A stretch of 64,000 nucleotides of DNA from Patescibacteria group bacterium (GCA_019752595.1 JAIELV010000001.1:378551-442550), one strand, 5' to 3'. Numbered from the stretch's first letter, positions 30,312 to 40,689 are shown. Program-made: numbers and translations. Notes: a model not told the origin generated them from the letters alone.

Positions 30312-30416
30312 AAATACATATTATAAATAACTAAATAATGGCTTATCTAAAGAGCTTTTCTCGGAATACCATAGCATGCCCTGCTACTTGAAATCAATCA
30401 ACTTTTGTTTTCTAAT

Positions 30417-30839
30417 TTAAAGAGCATAGAGCTCCTCCCAAGCGGTTACGTCGCCCGTATCAGAGTCAATAATCGCTTCAATATTCGTCGTGGCACCGTT
30501 TACTACCCCTTGCGCACGCACTCTACTCTCCCCTGACGCTGGAGTATTGGGTGTAAGAGAAACGACCGTGCAGGTTTGTGTCCCGACCGCAACCGAAAGG
30601 TTACTGATTGCACGCTGAGGATCATTCACGGTCGCAATCCGCGACGCCTGCACGCAAGCTTCCGCCAGACCTTCGCTTTTCAGTTTATTTTCTACATCAA
30701 GAAGCATGAACCTGCCCATAATTCCCTGCTGTGCGAGCGTCAACACCGCAAAAAGAAACACCAAGCCGAGAATGGTGATGGTGATAAGAGCGAAAAACCC
30801 ACGCTCTGTTCTGTTTTTCTGCATCTTAGTTTTTGACAT
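30417..30839 (-). CDS. pilus-associated minor pseudopilin-like protein (PilX-like)
   Basis: Basic N-terminus plus a hydrophobic helix (RGFFALITITILGLV). Start chosen at MSKTKM. Confidence 0.5.
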   Translation of the reverse strand: MSKTKMQKNRTERGFFALITITILGLVFLFAVLTLAQQGIMGRFMLLDVENKLKSEGLAEACVQASRIATVNDPQRAISNLSVAVGTQTCTVVSLTPNTPASGESRVRAQGVVNGATTNIEAIIDSDTGDVTAWEELYAL

Positions 30840-31311
30840 AACGGGTAACAGCAGATATCGGAACTCCGTTTGCGGAAAAGACAAAAACCAGAGAGTCGGG
30901 TTCACCTACACCTCCTGCAATGCGCGAAAAATTCAGTCCTGTCATTGCGACGCGGTCGGAATGCACTGGAATCGCTCCCGAACCACGGTTTACTGTTATT
31001 TCATTCCCTGTATTGGTAACCGTTACTGTCCCCAACGGGGTAACGGTGGTGAGCGAGGATCCCTGAGCGCCGACAACTGGAGCACTGATTGAAGTGGCGG
31101 AATTTAAAATGTTCAGAATTTTCTGCGTCACGTTTGCTGCCTCCATTTCTTGGACAGTAGATTTACTCTGTCGTTCAGTATTCGTGAACAGCGGGTAGCT
31201 GGCAACAACCACTCCCGTCACCAAAAATGTCGCCAACGCGAGATATACAACCGCTTCAATGAGCGAAATTCCGCGGAGCGACTTATGGCGTGCAGGCTGA
31301 AGGTAAATCAT
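30826..31311 (-). CDS. minor type IV pilin / pseudopilin
   Basis: RGISLIEAVVYLALA prepilin motif. Confidence 0.7.
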   Translation of the reverse strand: MIYLQPARHKSLRGISLIEAVVYLALATFLVTGVVVASYPLFTNTERQSKSTVQEMEAANVTQKILNILNSATSISAPVVGAQGSSLTTVTPLGTVTVTNTGNEITVNRGSGAIPVHSDRVAMTGLNFSRIAGGVGEPDSLVFVFSANGVPISAVTRYVKN

Positions 31312-32782
31312 AAATGATACGCAATATATCGTTTGAGCGGTTTACCGCAAACACGTAGTTGTCGAGGTACGCAAGACCGCGAGTTACCTGCGAGAAATTC
31401 AGGCCGCAGGTGCTCTGCACAACAGGATTTGCGGAATCTTCGATATTCAGCACGAAAAACGGTTCGTTACTATCGGTAGTTGAAAGATAGGCAAAGCGAC
31501 CACGAACCTTGGTATCCGAAACTTCACTGTTCGGCCCAAGTCCCATCTTCAAAGAGCCCAGCAGTGCGACGGATGAGGGGGTAGAAACATCAAGGACGTA
31601 GTAGTCCCTCTCTGTTGAACCGTTTACCCGTGCCCGACCCAAATACGCAATCCCACCAGCAACATCAACCGACCACCCGTCTTCAGTGCTCTCTGCAGGA
31701 GTCGCAGCGTGTGTGCGAGCATTAAATTTCATATTCATCGTTCCTGGGGTCGAAAAATTAGGCGGGAGGGATAGTGAAGCGGGATTAGAAATATCGATGA
31801 TAACTAATTCGCCGTAATCTGCAGAGGTCGCGAGGTACGCGTAATTACCCGATACAACAATGTCGTTAATGTTATGCGTAACTTCAAGAGACCCGAGCTG
31901 AACTGGCACCTGAGGATTTGAAACATCGATAACATGAAACTCGGGACCTGCAGTTTCTCTGAGCCCGATGTACACGCGCTCGTCGTAGTAAGCAATACTC
32001 CAACCTTCGGGATATGAGCCTGAGCCATCGACACCTGCAAGTGTCAGCTCGGCCGCTACGCTAGGATTCGCAGGATCGGAAATATCGATGACCTGTAGCT
32101 GGTCTTCGTTGTCGTTTTGAATGACGTACGCATACTGCCCAGCAACATCAATGCCATAGAGGCCGTTCCCCGTGTTCAACTCTCCCACAGCAGGATCAGT
32201 CGGATTTTCAGGGTCGTCAACGCCGAACACATAAAAGTCTTCATTTCCTCCTGAAGAAGGGTCTGCTGTTACAAACGCGTAGCGATGGCCGTTAAACCAT
32301 TGCGCGTCGACACCGGTGCCGTCTGCGCCGGAAACATCAACAGAGCCCAAAGAATCAGGGTTATCCCATTCCGTGCTCGGAGGAAACGGGTCGCACCCGC
32401 CCCCCAAGGCAAGTGCGTTTTGAATGCTAGCCACTGCCGACACTATCCCCGCGGAAAGCGCTCTGTTTTTTTCCGTAGATGTGCTGAAGGAAGTGTCGGT
32501 GATTTTCAGACACGGGGAAGAATTGGTTACCGTACGCGTATAGCCTGCGTTTACGTTCACCGTCGAGGAAAGTGCATTGAACCCTGTAGCAACGGAAGCA
32601 AGCTGGAGATCAGTTTGGGACGATGATTGTGCTTGGTATACGGTTTCCTTCGTGAGTTCAGTATCCAAACCAGCAGTCTGACCGTTAAACGAAAGCAAAA
32701 CGGCGCTCGACATAATAATCGTAAAAACCGCAAGGGCGATGACGACTTCGACTGTAAGAAATCCTCTTTTCATAATTACCAC
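31283..32782 (-). CDS. pseudopilin with a C-terminal LVIVD-repeat beta-propeller domain
   Basis: KRGFLTVEVVIALAV prepilin-like N-terminus. Repeated xYAYVxxxxxxLxVIDISNPxxP units are typical of LVIVD repeats. Confidence 0.7.
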   Translation of the reverse strand: MVIMKRGFLTVEVVIALAVFTIIMSSAVLLSFNGQTAGLDTELTKETVYQAQSSSQTDLQLASVATGFNALSSTVNVNAGYTRTVTNSSPCLKITDTSFSTSTEKNRALSAGIVSAVASIQNALALGGGCDPFPPSTEWDNPDSLGSVDVSGADGTGVDAQWFNGHRYAFVTADPSSGGNEDFYVFGVDDPENPTDPAVGELNTGNGLYGIDVAGQYAYVIQNDNEDQLQVIDISDPANPSVAAELTLAGVDGSGSYPEGWSIAYYDERVYIGLRETAGPEFHVIDVSNPQVPVQLGSLEVTHNINDIVVSGNYAYLATSADYGELVIIDISNPASLSLPPNFSTPGTMNMKFNARTHAATPAESTEDGWSVDVAGGIAYLGRARVNGSTERDYYVLDVSTPSSVALLGSLKMGLGPNSEVSDTKVRGRFAYLSTTDSNEPFFVLNIEDSANPVVQSTCGLNFSQVTRGLAYLDNYVFAVNRSNDILRIIYDLPSACTP

Positions 32783-33222
32783 TCTACTCTTCCTTCGGTA
32801 TTAACTGAAATCGTCGCGGTCTTTGCACCATCAGTCACAGCCATGGCTGCCGCGGTTGATGTGCCAGAAAGCTGTCCAAATACAAACTCGGTGTCACCGC
32901 CAGTCGTCACTCCCGCGCCTTTTGCTATCGAACGCTTATTCGTCCCCGCAACAAAAGAAACCCCCTCAAACAAGGTGTACTGAGCTGCTTCAACCTTTAG
33001 GCCATGCGAAGTCTGATTAATATTTGAAAGCGCTTTCGTACGCTGCCCCATCAGCAGAGTTGCTATCAGGTTCTGCTCATTGAGCGCCACGGAACGGCCA
33101 ATCGCGTCCGTCATAAAAACCGCTCCGGTACCTAGAATGACCGAAAGAATCCCAATGACGACAATCACTTCGATCATCGAAAATGCGCGTACCGTGTTAC
33201 CGCTGGAGGCTTTGTGTAATTT
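32776..33222 (-). CDS. pseudopilin (GspH/FimT-like)
   Basis: RAFSMIEVIVVIGIL class III signal. Start chosen at MKLHKASS. Confidence 0.7.
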   Translation of the reverse strand, partial: KLHKASSGNTVRAFSMIEVIVVIGILSVILGTGAVFMTDAIGRSVALNEQNLIATLLMGQRTKALSNINQTSHGLKVEAAQYTLFEGVSFVAGTNKRSIAKGAGVTTGGDTEFVFGQLSGTSTAAAMAVTDGAKTATISVNTEGRVEW

Positions 33223-34348
33223 CATATATAGGAGCAATAACGGAAACGGCAACAAATCCCACAACGAGACCCATAACAAGCATCAAAATAGGCTCGAGAA
33301 TCGAAGAAAGATTTTTCGTCAAATCGTTCAGCTCGGCTTCATACATATCAGAAAGATACAAAAGCGTGTCAGACAACGACCCTGTTTTCTCGCCGATTGC
33401 TATCATGTGTGTCGTCATCGCGGGGAAGAACGGTGCGCGCTTTGAAAGCGTTTTAGAAATCTGCTCCCCTCGCTCAGCAGATTTTGCAAGTGCCAGATAT
33501 TCTTTTCGGTACACAAGATTCTCTGTCGTTTCCGCGACAATCAAGAGTGCGTCGGTAATTTTCAAACCGCTTTTCAGGAGAAGTCCGAGCGTGCGGTTAA
33601 AGTTCGACATGTTGTATGCGGCCATGATGGTGCCGACAATCGGCATTTTCAGAAACGCGTAGTCGAATACAAAACGGACCTTCTCGCTTGCACGGATGAT
33701 CATCGCCAGAGCGAACCAGCACGCAGCAAGGACGAAGAACGTTAGGATGCCATGTTTCTGCAAGAACGTACTCATCGCCAAAAGCATCTTCGTGGTGAAC
33801 GGGAGTTCAACTGCAAGAGATGCAAAAATCGGCATTATTTTTGGGAATATAAACACCGTCAAAAGCCCAGTGATTCCCAAGGTCGCAAGCGTAATAACGA
33901 TAGGATACACGAGAGCGCCAGTAATACGTCGCTTCAACTCATACCGCTTTTCAAGCTCATTCGCGAGATATATAAGGTTCTGAGAAAGAATGCCTGACAG
34001 TTCCCCAACCTTGATGATGTTCAAAGCAAAGTGGCCGAATGTATTCCCAAAACGCTTCATTGAAACGTGCAAATACTGCCCGCTTGAAATGTCGGTTATA
34101 AGGCGTTCATACACGCGCTGGGCGCCTCCCCCTTTCGACTGCTCTTTCAATATGTGGAGACTTTCAAGAATTGGTACGTTTGACTTGATAAGAAACGAAA
34201 GGCGCTTCGCAAAAAGCATTTGGTCTTTCACTGAAAAACGTACTGACATAGAAAACAGCGGTGCCGTCTTTTTTTTCGGAGAAGCGTTCACTGTGGCTTT
34301 TATTTTTTCACGCGCAAAATACGCTTTAACTGATTCAAGAAATTTATT
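33197..34348 (-). CDS. pilC: type IV pilus assembly platform protein PilC (T2SS F-domain)
   Basis: Two GspF-type domains and polytopic membrane segments. Start chosen at MNKFLESVKAYF. Confidence 0.85.
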   Translation of the reverse strand, partial: NKFLESVKAYFAREKIKATVNASPKKKTAPLFSMSVRFSVKDQMLFAKRLSFLIKSNVPILESLHILKEQSKGGGAQRVYERLITDISSGQYLHVSMKRFGNTFGHFALNIIKVGELSGILSQNLIYLANELEKRYELKRRITGALVYPIVITLATLGITGLLTVFIFPKIMPIFASLAVELPFTTKMLLAMSTFLQKHGILTFFVLAACWFALAMIIRASEKVRFVFDYAFLKMPIVGTIMAAYNMSNFNRTLGLLLKSGLKITDALLIVAETTENLVYRKEYLALAKSAERGEQISKTLSKRAPFFPAMTTHMIAIGEKTGSLSDTLLYLSDMYEAELNDLTKNLSSILEPILMLVMGLVVGFVAVSVIAPIYEITQSLQR

Positions 34349-35558
34349 CATGGATGACACGAAGTATTTCTGCAACAGTCGTCTGCCCCTGTAGAGCCTT
34401 GGCAAGCCCGTCCTCAAACATCGTCGTCATGCCGTTTTTCACGCCGATTGCACGAATGTCGGTAGAAGATGCTTTTCTTAAAATCGCATCTCGAACTTCG
34501 GGATCCATGACCAGCACTTCGTTGACACCAATTCTTCCTGAAAATCCCGTCATATTGCACTTCTCGCATCCTTTGTGACGGTAGAGCGTGCCTAATTTCC
34601 CTTTCAGATGCTCAGGGAGAATCGAAAGCAAGTTTTCTTTCTCCGCCTCCGTTGGTTTATACGCTTCACGACAGGTGTGACAAATACGGCGCACCAGACG
34701 CTGACCGATAGCGATCGAAACGGTAGAGGCCACAAGGTATGGCTCGATTTTCATATCCAGAAGGCGTGGGAGTGTCGTCGCCGCATCATTCGTGTGAAGT
34801 GTGGAAAGTACCAAGTGTCCCGTGAGTGCGGTATTCACCGCAATCGCTGCAGTTTCTACGTCACGAATTTCACCGACCATGATGATGTCAGGGTCCTGAC
34901 GGAGCATGGAGCGCAAACCGTTTGCAAACGTCAAATCACTCCTCGGATTGACCTGTATCTGCTCGATACCCTCAATCGCATACTCAATAGGGTCTTCAAG
35001 TGTGACAATTGAAACTTCTTTTGAATTCAACATTTTAATGAGCGTGTACAGGGTTGTTGTTTTTCCACTTCCGGTCGGACCTGTAGAAAGAATCATACCG
35101 CTCGGTTTTTTCGCCGCTTTTACAATCTTCGCCGCATCGGACTCAGAAAATCCGAGCATCTCCAATGTGTAATTCGCTGCCTTGTCTGACAAAAGACGCA
35201 TAACGACATTTTCTCCGTGATACGTGGGCGCGATTGAGACGCGCACATCAACAAATTCCTCCATGTTCGGAAATACAAGGCGGAATCGACCGTCCTGCGT
35301 TGCCTGATGCTCGTCAGTGCGGAGTCCTGAAATAATTTTAATTCTCGAAACCACTTCTCCGTGAATTTCTTTTGGAAATATATATACCTCCTGCAAAACA
35401 CCGTCGATACGAAATCGGATTTTTACCCCAGAAGGGGTTGGGTCGACATGTATGTCAGAGGCTCGACTTTCCTGCGCTTTTTCAATAAGCGCGTCAACAA
35501 GGGAAATAATTGAAAGATGAGCCCCCTTTGCAAGTTCCTGTTCTACTGAGGTCGGCAT
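34344..35558 (-). CDS. pilB: type IV pilus assembly ATPase PilB/GspE family
   Basis: Walker A GPTGSGKTT, Asp box, His box, and CxxC...CxxC zinc motif. Start chosen at MPTSVEQ so the terminator at 35638-35668 stays intergenic. Confidence 0.88.
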   Translation of the reverse strand: MPTSVEQELAKGAHLSIISLVDALIEKAQESRASDIHVDPTPSGVKIRFRIDGVLQEVYIFPKEIHGEVVSRIKIISGLRTDEHQATQDGRFRLVFPNMEEFVDVRVSIAPTYHGENVVMRLLSDKAANYTLEMLGFSESDAAKIVKAAKKPSGMILSTGPTGSGKTTTLYTLIKMLNSKEVSIVTLEDPIEYAIEGIEQIQVNPRSDLTFANGLRSMLRQDPDIIMVGEIRDVETAAIAVNTALTGHLVLSTLHTNDAATTLPRLLDMKIEPYLVASTVSIAIGQRLVRRICHTCREAYKPTEAEKENLLSILPEHLKGKLGTLYRHKGCEKCNMTGFSGRIGVNEVLVMDPEVRDAILRKASSTDIRAIGVKNGMTTMFEDGLAKALQGQTTVAEILRVIHE

Positions 35559-35637
35559 AGAAAATAAGCCACTCGAATTCCCTGCGGGAAAAGAGCGGCT
35601 TACGCCACTATACGCCTGTTTTGCCAAGGGGGCAAGA

Positions 35638-35668
35638 CAAAAAAACCGCCCAACTGGGCGGTTTTTTA
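35638..35668 (-). terminator. rho-independent terminator
   Basis: ACCGCCCAACTGGGCGGT plus a T-run on the minus strand. Confidence 0.6.
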
Positions 35669-35683
35669 CCAAATTTGTAACCA

Positions 35684-36514
35684 TTATTCGTGGTCTTCTC
35701 CTTCCCCAGGAAGCCAAAAGACGTGTGTGATAAGGGTCAAATCGCCGTCCTTTTTTGCAAACTCGTTTGCGCGCCCCTGTGCGTCGCGCCCGATAGCGAC
35801 ACCGAATTCAGGATGCTCCGCATTCCCTGCCTGAAGAGCAGCGTGTGCCGCGCCCAAGGCTTTGCCTGCCAACTGCCCTACCGTAGTGGAAGAATCCGTA
35901 TGCGCGTACATTAATTCAAGCTGAGCGAAGTCGTGCGCATTCGGATGTTCGTTTGCAGGATCGGTTGCGCTTGCCCCACCCGCTCCGCCGTCAGGGTCGT
36001 TCGTGTAATCCACACAGGAGCCGAGGTTCGCGTTGTTGAATGCCTCATCCTGGTGCGCGAGTCCGAATGCGTGCGCAACTTCCTGACACATCACCAGACG
36101 GCGCCATGCAGGAGCATTATAGGAAGCAGTATTGAAGTACGAATCATTCATCTTCGCAGTTCCTTTGGTGATATGACCGTTACTGTCCGCCCAGATTGAG
36201 GCAATGCCAAGCCAGCCGTTGTTTCCATACGCAGCATTGCAGACCTCAATTCTTCCCGTTGTTCCTTTGCACTGTCGCGGACTCACGAGCCCCGCAACAA
36301 TAGTGGTGTCCAATACTGATGATGCGCTCCAATCGGAAGATGCTTCCGCAAGATACGCATCCCAGACACTTGTTACGTTGTCGCCTAATTTCAGCGTGAA
36401 CGGATTTGAGGTCCGCGCCCAATGATAATTCCCCCATGAGTGGGAAGCGTATGCCACTCCCGCAACAGAGAACGCGAGAAGAAGTGCGAACGCAAGCAAT
36501 GATTTTCTAAGCAT
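35684..36514 (-). CDS. secreted protein with a metzincin-like motif (putative metalloprotease-like)
   Basis: Signal peptide MLRKSLLAFALLLAFSVAGVAYA. CQEVAHAFGLAHQDE resembles HxxGxxH zinc motifs but lacks a canonical HExxH. Confidence 0.4.
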   Translation of the reverse strand: MLRKSLLAFALLLAFSVAGVAYASHSWGNYHWARTSNPFTLKLGDNVTSVWDAYLAEASSDWSASSVLDTTIVAGLVSPRQCKGTTGRIEVCNAAYGNNGWLGIASIWADSNGHITKGTAKMNDSYFNTASYNAPAWRRLVMCQEVAHAFGLAHQDEAFNNANLGSCVDYTNDPDGGAGGASATDPANEHPNAHDFAQLELMYAHTDSSTTVGQLAGKALGAAHAALQAGNAEHPEFGVAIGRDAQGRANEFAKKDGDLTLITHVFWLPGEGEDHE

Positions 36515-36589
36515 CTTTGTATAGTTAGTAGAATGAGTAAATCTGTATACAGCGTACACCTTTCTCTTCTAGCGTCTACTACATATAAA

Positions 36590-36628
36590 GGAAAACCCCG
36601 CCCTTTTATTTTAGGGCGGGGTTTTCGT
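36590..36628. terminator. bidirectional rho-independent terminator
   Basis: AACCCCGCCC...GGGCGGGGTT hairpin flanked by A-runs and T-runs. Confidence 0.6.
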
Positions 36629-36639
36629 AGGAAGACTGT

Positions 36640-39600
36640 TTAGTTATCAGTCCAAGGTACAAGTGTCGGTAATTCGAGGCTCAAAGCAGGACACTCAATA
36701 AGATTCATCTGGCGCAGAGTGGTGATGTACACCAAGCCTGTTGCCGACGTCAAATTCCACGGCTTCAAGATTGAATCAGGGTTTGATGCCTGGAATGCCT
36801 TCACTGCCTCTTCGGTCATCGGACCAAAGAAACCTGTAATCGGAAGGTTTGCACCAACCCATTTGTTGAGGAATGCCTGAAGTTTCTTCACTTGTTCAAG
36901 GTCGTTCTTTGACCAAGCGCGCTTCAAGAATTTATCCATGTACAAACCGCAGGTTTCTCCAAGCACTCCCCCTGCACCGTCGGTGTTGCTGGGGCCGATT
37001 GAAGCACCGAGAACGAACGGACCGTTACTGCCGTTCGAGAACAACTGAGGGTCTGCGCCACCTGAACCGCCGCCTCCGCCACCGCCGTTACCTGGATTAT
37101 TTACTTCAGTTAACGATGTTGGTGAATACGAATTCGGATTGTTTGGGTCATTGTCCAAGTGACAGCCTGGGTCGCCAGCGTCTGAAAGACCGTCGCCGTC
37201 GTTATCCAAACCGTCTGAACAATCGAAGTCAGGATTCCAGACGTTTGTGAAGGTACAAGTGACTACATCACCTGCATCAACAAGTATCTGATGACCATTT
37301 GTGATTGATTCGCCTGCTGATTGACCGTCATAGAGGCAGGACACGGAACCGAAATCCCAGTTTGACGGAATTCCCGTTTCAACAATCGTGTGCGTTCCTT
37401 CCGTGTTCAGAGTGAGTGTGTTCATTCCGTCTTCGGAATCAAAGTTTTGGGCTTCGCCTCCGTTAAGAGAGAAGCTGAACTGATTGAAGAAGGTCGGAGG
37501 AATTTCCCCATCGTACGAAAGTACTTTCTTCACAATCAAGACAGGCTTGAAAGGTGCGCAATCAGGGTCCGCAAGGTCTATAAGGTTGTCACCGTCGTTG
37601 TCTGATTCATCAGTACACATAGCGAGCGTAGTTTCATTTCCTTCGCTCTGTCCGTTTGGATCATATACCGTACCGCCGTCACCGTTATCGACGAAACAAC
37701 CTGGATCATTTTGGTCAATCAAACCATCTGACGGGACATCGTTTTCAATACCGTCTGCACACGCTGGCTTATCATTGTTTGTGATTGTACAGGTTGCAGT
37801 TTGTCCGAGAAGCAAACTTCCTGAGCATGACTCAGAGTGCGTAACGGTGTAACCAGCGTTCGTGCTCGAATCTTCAAGTACAGAGTAACTTCCAGGAAGG
37901 ATTGAGAGGAGCACTTCTCCAACCGTGTCGAAGAAGTATGAAGAGCCTGTATTGTTCAACTTGAATGAGAACGTCGAGGTTGCATTCGTCTTGCCGTTGT
38001 CATTCACGAGTACTTTCTTCACCAAGACCGTCGTTGCTTGATCGTTATTCGCGAAGTAACACTGCTTCGTCTCGCCGATTGCAATAGAACCGCTGCATGC
38101 ACCTGTCATCGTTGCTGTGTATCCCTGTACAGGATCTTCAGTAACAGTGAATGTGCCAGGGAGAACAAAAATCGTGTTTTGCCCTGTACCTGAACTGATT
38201 GGCGTAAACGCGGTGTCGAGGAACGAAGTCGTTCCGCTGTTTGTCGTGTATGAGAGGTCGAATGTAAAGTCTGCAGGACCTTTCGTGCCACCAAGGTTGT
38301 CATTAATTACCGTTTTGTGAACAATTACTTTCGGAATGTATCCACTGCAACCAGAATCATTCAGGTCAACAAATGTATCTCCATCGTTATCCTGTCCGTC
38401 AGAGCAGGTAGCGAGCGTTGATTCGTTTCCTTCTGAAGTTGCATTGGCGTTGTATGAATCAGGATTATTTGCCTGAAGGTCAGTGTGACAACCAGGGTCT
38501 GCTGAATCCGTCAAACCGTCGCCATCATCGTCTGTACCGTTTGAGCATGCAGGGAGCGGAATATCGTTGTTCGTAATTGTACAGATAACATTCTGACCCA
38601 GGCCGACAGTAACGGTGTCAGCGTCTACCTGCGTTCCGCCTGTACATACCCATGCGGATGCCGCATATCCTGCAGGTCCTGATTCAGAAAGATTGTAATC
38701 ACCTGCGTCGAATGAAACAACGCCTGAGCTGTTGACTGAAGGACCTACACCTGAAAATCCTGTTGCACCAGTTGCTGTAAGAGTAAACGCTGAAGCGGGA
38801 GTGGTGCCGTTGTTGTCGTTGTCATCAATCACTACCTTATTAAGCGTGAGTGAAGAAGTGTTGTCATCGTTTACAATCGTACAATTTTTGTTTTCACCGA
38901 TAGCAAGCGTGATTGTGCCGTTTGAAGCACAGTCACCGCCGATGGTACCTGTGTATCCCGCTGCCGCTTCTTCGCTCACCGTGTACGTGCCTGCGTTCAA
39001 TGTGTTCGCAACACCCGATGTAACAATTGAGCTTGCAATCTTCAAGATAAAGTCAGCGATAACCTTCACGCCGCCGTTGTCGTTCGTTACAGTCTTTGTG
39101 ACGCTAAGGGTCGGTGCAATATCATTGTTTACAATCGTACAGGTCTTGTTCTGACCTGCAGACAAAGTGACGGTGCCGTTTGCTGCACAATCGCCACCAA
39201 ACGTTGCCGCGTATCCTGCTACATTCGTTTCGGAAACTGTGTGCGCACCGATAGAAACTGTAGCGGGAGTTCCTGATGTCGTAGGATTGCCGTCGATAAA
39301 GAGTGGGAAATCGCCAACACCAAGCGTTCCGCCGTTGTCGTTCGTAACCGTCTTCACCACAGTCAATTTCGGAGCAGGAAGCGCGTTGAATGCGACGCAG
39401 TGATAAGTTGTCGCAAATGCTGGAGAAGAAATGCTGTCGTAGTTGTCGTAGTTTTCTACGTCAGAGGAGCAGTAAATTTCTGCTGATACGTTTCCACCAG
39501 AAACTCCCGTGAACGGAACATAGTTAGCCTGCATCTGCTCGCGAACCCAAACGGATGAACCTGCTGGTACTTGTGCAGTTGCTACACCACTTCCATTTGT

Positions 39601-40689
39601 TGCAGGGAACGGCGTCCATGAGCCACCAGCTGCACCGACGTTGTCTCCTGGGTTTGCTGCTGCACTTGGTGCCCATTCAAAATTCCATCCTGATTGAAGG
39701 CGGCAGTTCGGATGTGTGCTGAGGAATGTAGAAGCGGTTGACGCGGTAATGTTTGCTCCACCGCTCATGTTCGGAAGGTCTGCTTCTGAATCACAGACAA
39801 TCTTCGTTGCTGAAATAGTTGCTGGAACTGGGTCATCGTTGTTCGTAATCGTACAGGTTGAAGTACCACCTGCAGTCACAGTCAAAACACAGCTGTTAGA
39901 TGTGTTTGGAGAATAGCTGACCGCGTACCCAACAGGAGTAACTTCAGTAATCGTGTACGTACCAGGAGCTACTGAAAGTGAGTTTGAACCGTCTGCCTCA
40001 AACTGAATCGGGGAACCGTTGTTTACCTTGAATGAGAAGTTAGAAGCCGTTGCTGTTCCTCCGCTGTTGTTGGTAACAGTCTTATTTACGACAATCGTTC
40101 CTGGCATTGCGTCTCCCGTAAGGAGAACGTCATCAAGTCGGAATTTATCACTTGAAGAGAGGCTGGAGCCGTAAAATCTGATTCTGAAGTTCGCATTGTT
40201 ATTTGCACCTGAAGGAAGCGAGTGGGAAGCCTGAAGCCAGTTTGATTGTGTGGGTGAATCATCGTAGTTAACGATAGTGGTCCACGTACTCCCCCCGTTT
40301 GACGACCACTGAACCTCAAGTTCGTCGTCGGCAGAAAGACCGCCAGGAATTTTATACCAATACGAGAGCACAATATTTTGAGAACCGACAGTCGATATAT
40401 TTTTCCTCAACTCGTCACCATTCGCATCCTTTACTTCGGCTGCGCTAGAACCGCCGTGTGTATCGTTGATGATGTCCCAATCGTTATCAGCAGCCGACCA
40501 CTGAGAAAAATTTCCTGTTTCAAATCCATCTGAAAAAAGCGTCGCTGCCTGCGCATTCTGCGGAAACGCGAGAAGCGCACCTGCCGATGTAATAAGGAGA
40601 GCCAAAATCGTAAGAGAGCTTACGAGGTTTTTTGCCCAGCCCGAAATCCCATAAAACTTAGTAATGTTGATCATAAAATAAATACTCAA
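36640..40689 (-). CDS. giant cell-surface repeat protein (1349 aa) with a C-terminal peptidoglycan-binding-like domain
   Basis: Signal peptide. More than 8 repeated units of about 100 aa (KTVTNDNGGT...TCTITNNDI), Asp-rich DGxDNDGDGxxD calcium-binding-like inserts, and a C-terminal KKLQAFLNKW...GFFGPMTEEAVKAFQ PG_binding_1-like motif. Confidence 0.75.
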   Translation of the reverse strand: MSIYFMINITKFYGISGWAKNLVSSLTILALLITSAGALLAFPQNAQAATLFSDGFETGNFSQWSAADNDWDIINDTHGGSSAAEVKDANGDELRKNISTVGSQNIVLSYWYKIPGGLSADDELEVQWSSNGGSTWTTIVNYDDSPTQSNWLQASHSLPSGANNNANFRIRFYGSSLSSSDKFRLDDVLLTGDAMPGTIVVNKTVTNNSGGTATASNFSFKVNNGSPIQFEADGSNSLSVAPGTYTITEVTPVGYAVSYSPNTSNSCVLTVTAGGTSTCTITNNDDPVPATISATKIVCDSEADLPNMSGGANITASTASTFLSTHPNCRLQSGWNFEWAPSAAANPGDNVGAAGGSWTPFPATNGSGVATAQVPAGSSVWVREQMQANYVPFTGVSGGNVSAEIYCSSDVENYDNYDSISSPAFATTYHCVAFNALPAPKLTVVKTVTNDNGGTLGVGDFPLFIDGNPTTSGTPATVSIGAHTVSETNVAGYAATFGGDCAANGTVTLSAGQNKTCTIVNNDIAPTLSVTKTVTNDNGGVKVIADFILKIASSIVTSGVANTLNAGTYTVSEEAAAGYTGTIGGDCASNGTITLAIGENKNCTIVNDDNTSSLTLNKVVIDDNDNNGTTPASAFTLTATGATGFSGVGPSVNSSGVVSFDAGDYNLSESGPAGYAASAWVCTGGTQVDADTVTVGLGQNVICTITNNDIPLPACSNGTDDDGDGLTDSADPGCHTDLQANNPDSYNANATSEGNESTLATCSDGQDNDGDTFVDLNDSGCSGYIPKVIVHKTVINDNLGGTKGPADFTFDLSYTTNSGTTSFLDTAFTPISSGTGQNTIFVLPGTFTVTEDPVQGYTATMTGACSGSIAIGETKQCYFANNDQATTVLVKKVLVNDNGKTNATSTFSFKLNNTGSSYFFDTVGEVLLSILPGSYSVLEDSSTNAGYTVTHSESCSGSLLLGQTATCTITNNDKPACADGIENDVPSDGLIDQNDPGCFVDNGDGGTVYDPNGQSEGNETTLAMCTDESDNDGDNLIDLADPDCAPFKPVLIVKKVLSYDGEIPPTFFNQFSFSLNGGEAQNFDSEDGMNTLTLNTEGTHTIVETGIPSNWDFGSVSCLYDGQSAGESITNGHQILVDAGDVVTCTFTNVWNPDFDCSDGLDNDGDGLSDAGDPGCHLDNDPNNPNSYSPTSLTEVNNPGNGGGGGGGSGGADPQLFSNGSNGPFVLGASIGPSNTDGAGGVLGETCGLYMDKFLKRAWSKNDLEQVKKLQAFLNKWVGANLPITGFFGPMTEEAVKAFQASNPDSILKPWNLTSATGLVYITTLRQMNLIECPALSLELPTLVPWTDN

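Noticed and set aside
36204-36437. Short ORFs on both strands inside the 35684-36559 gene
   Set aside because: Shadow ORFs within a GC-rich secreted-protein gene.
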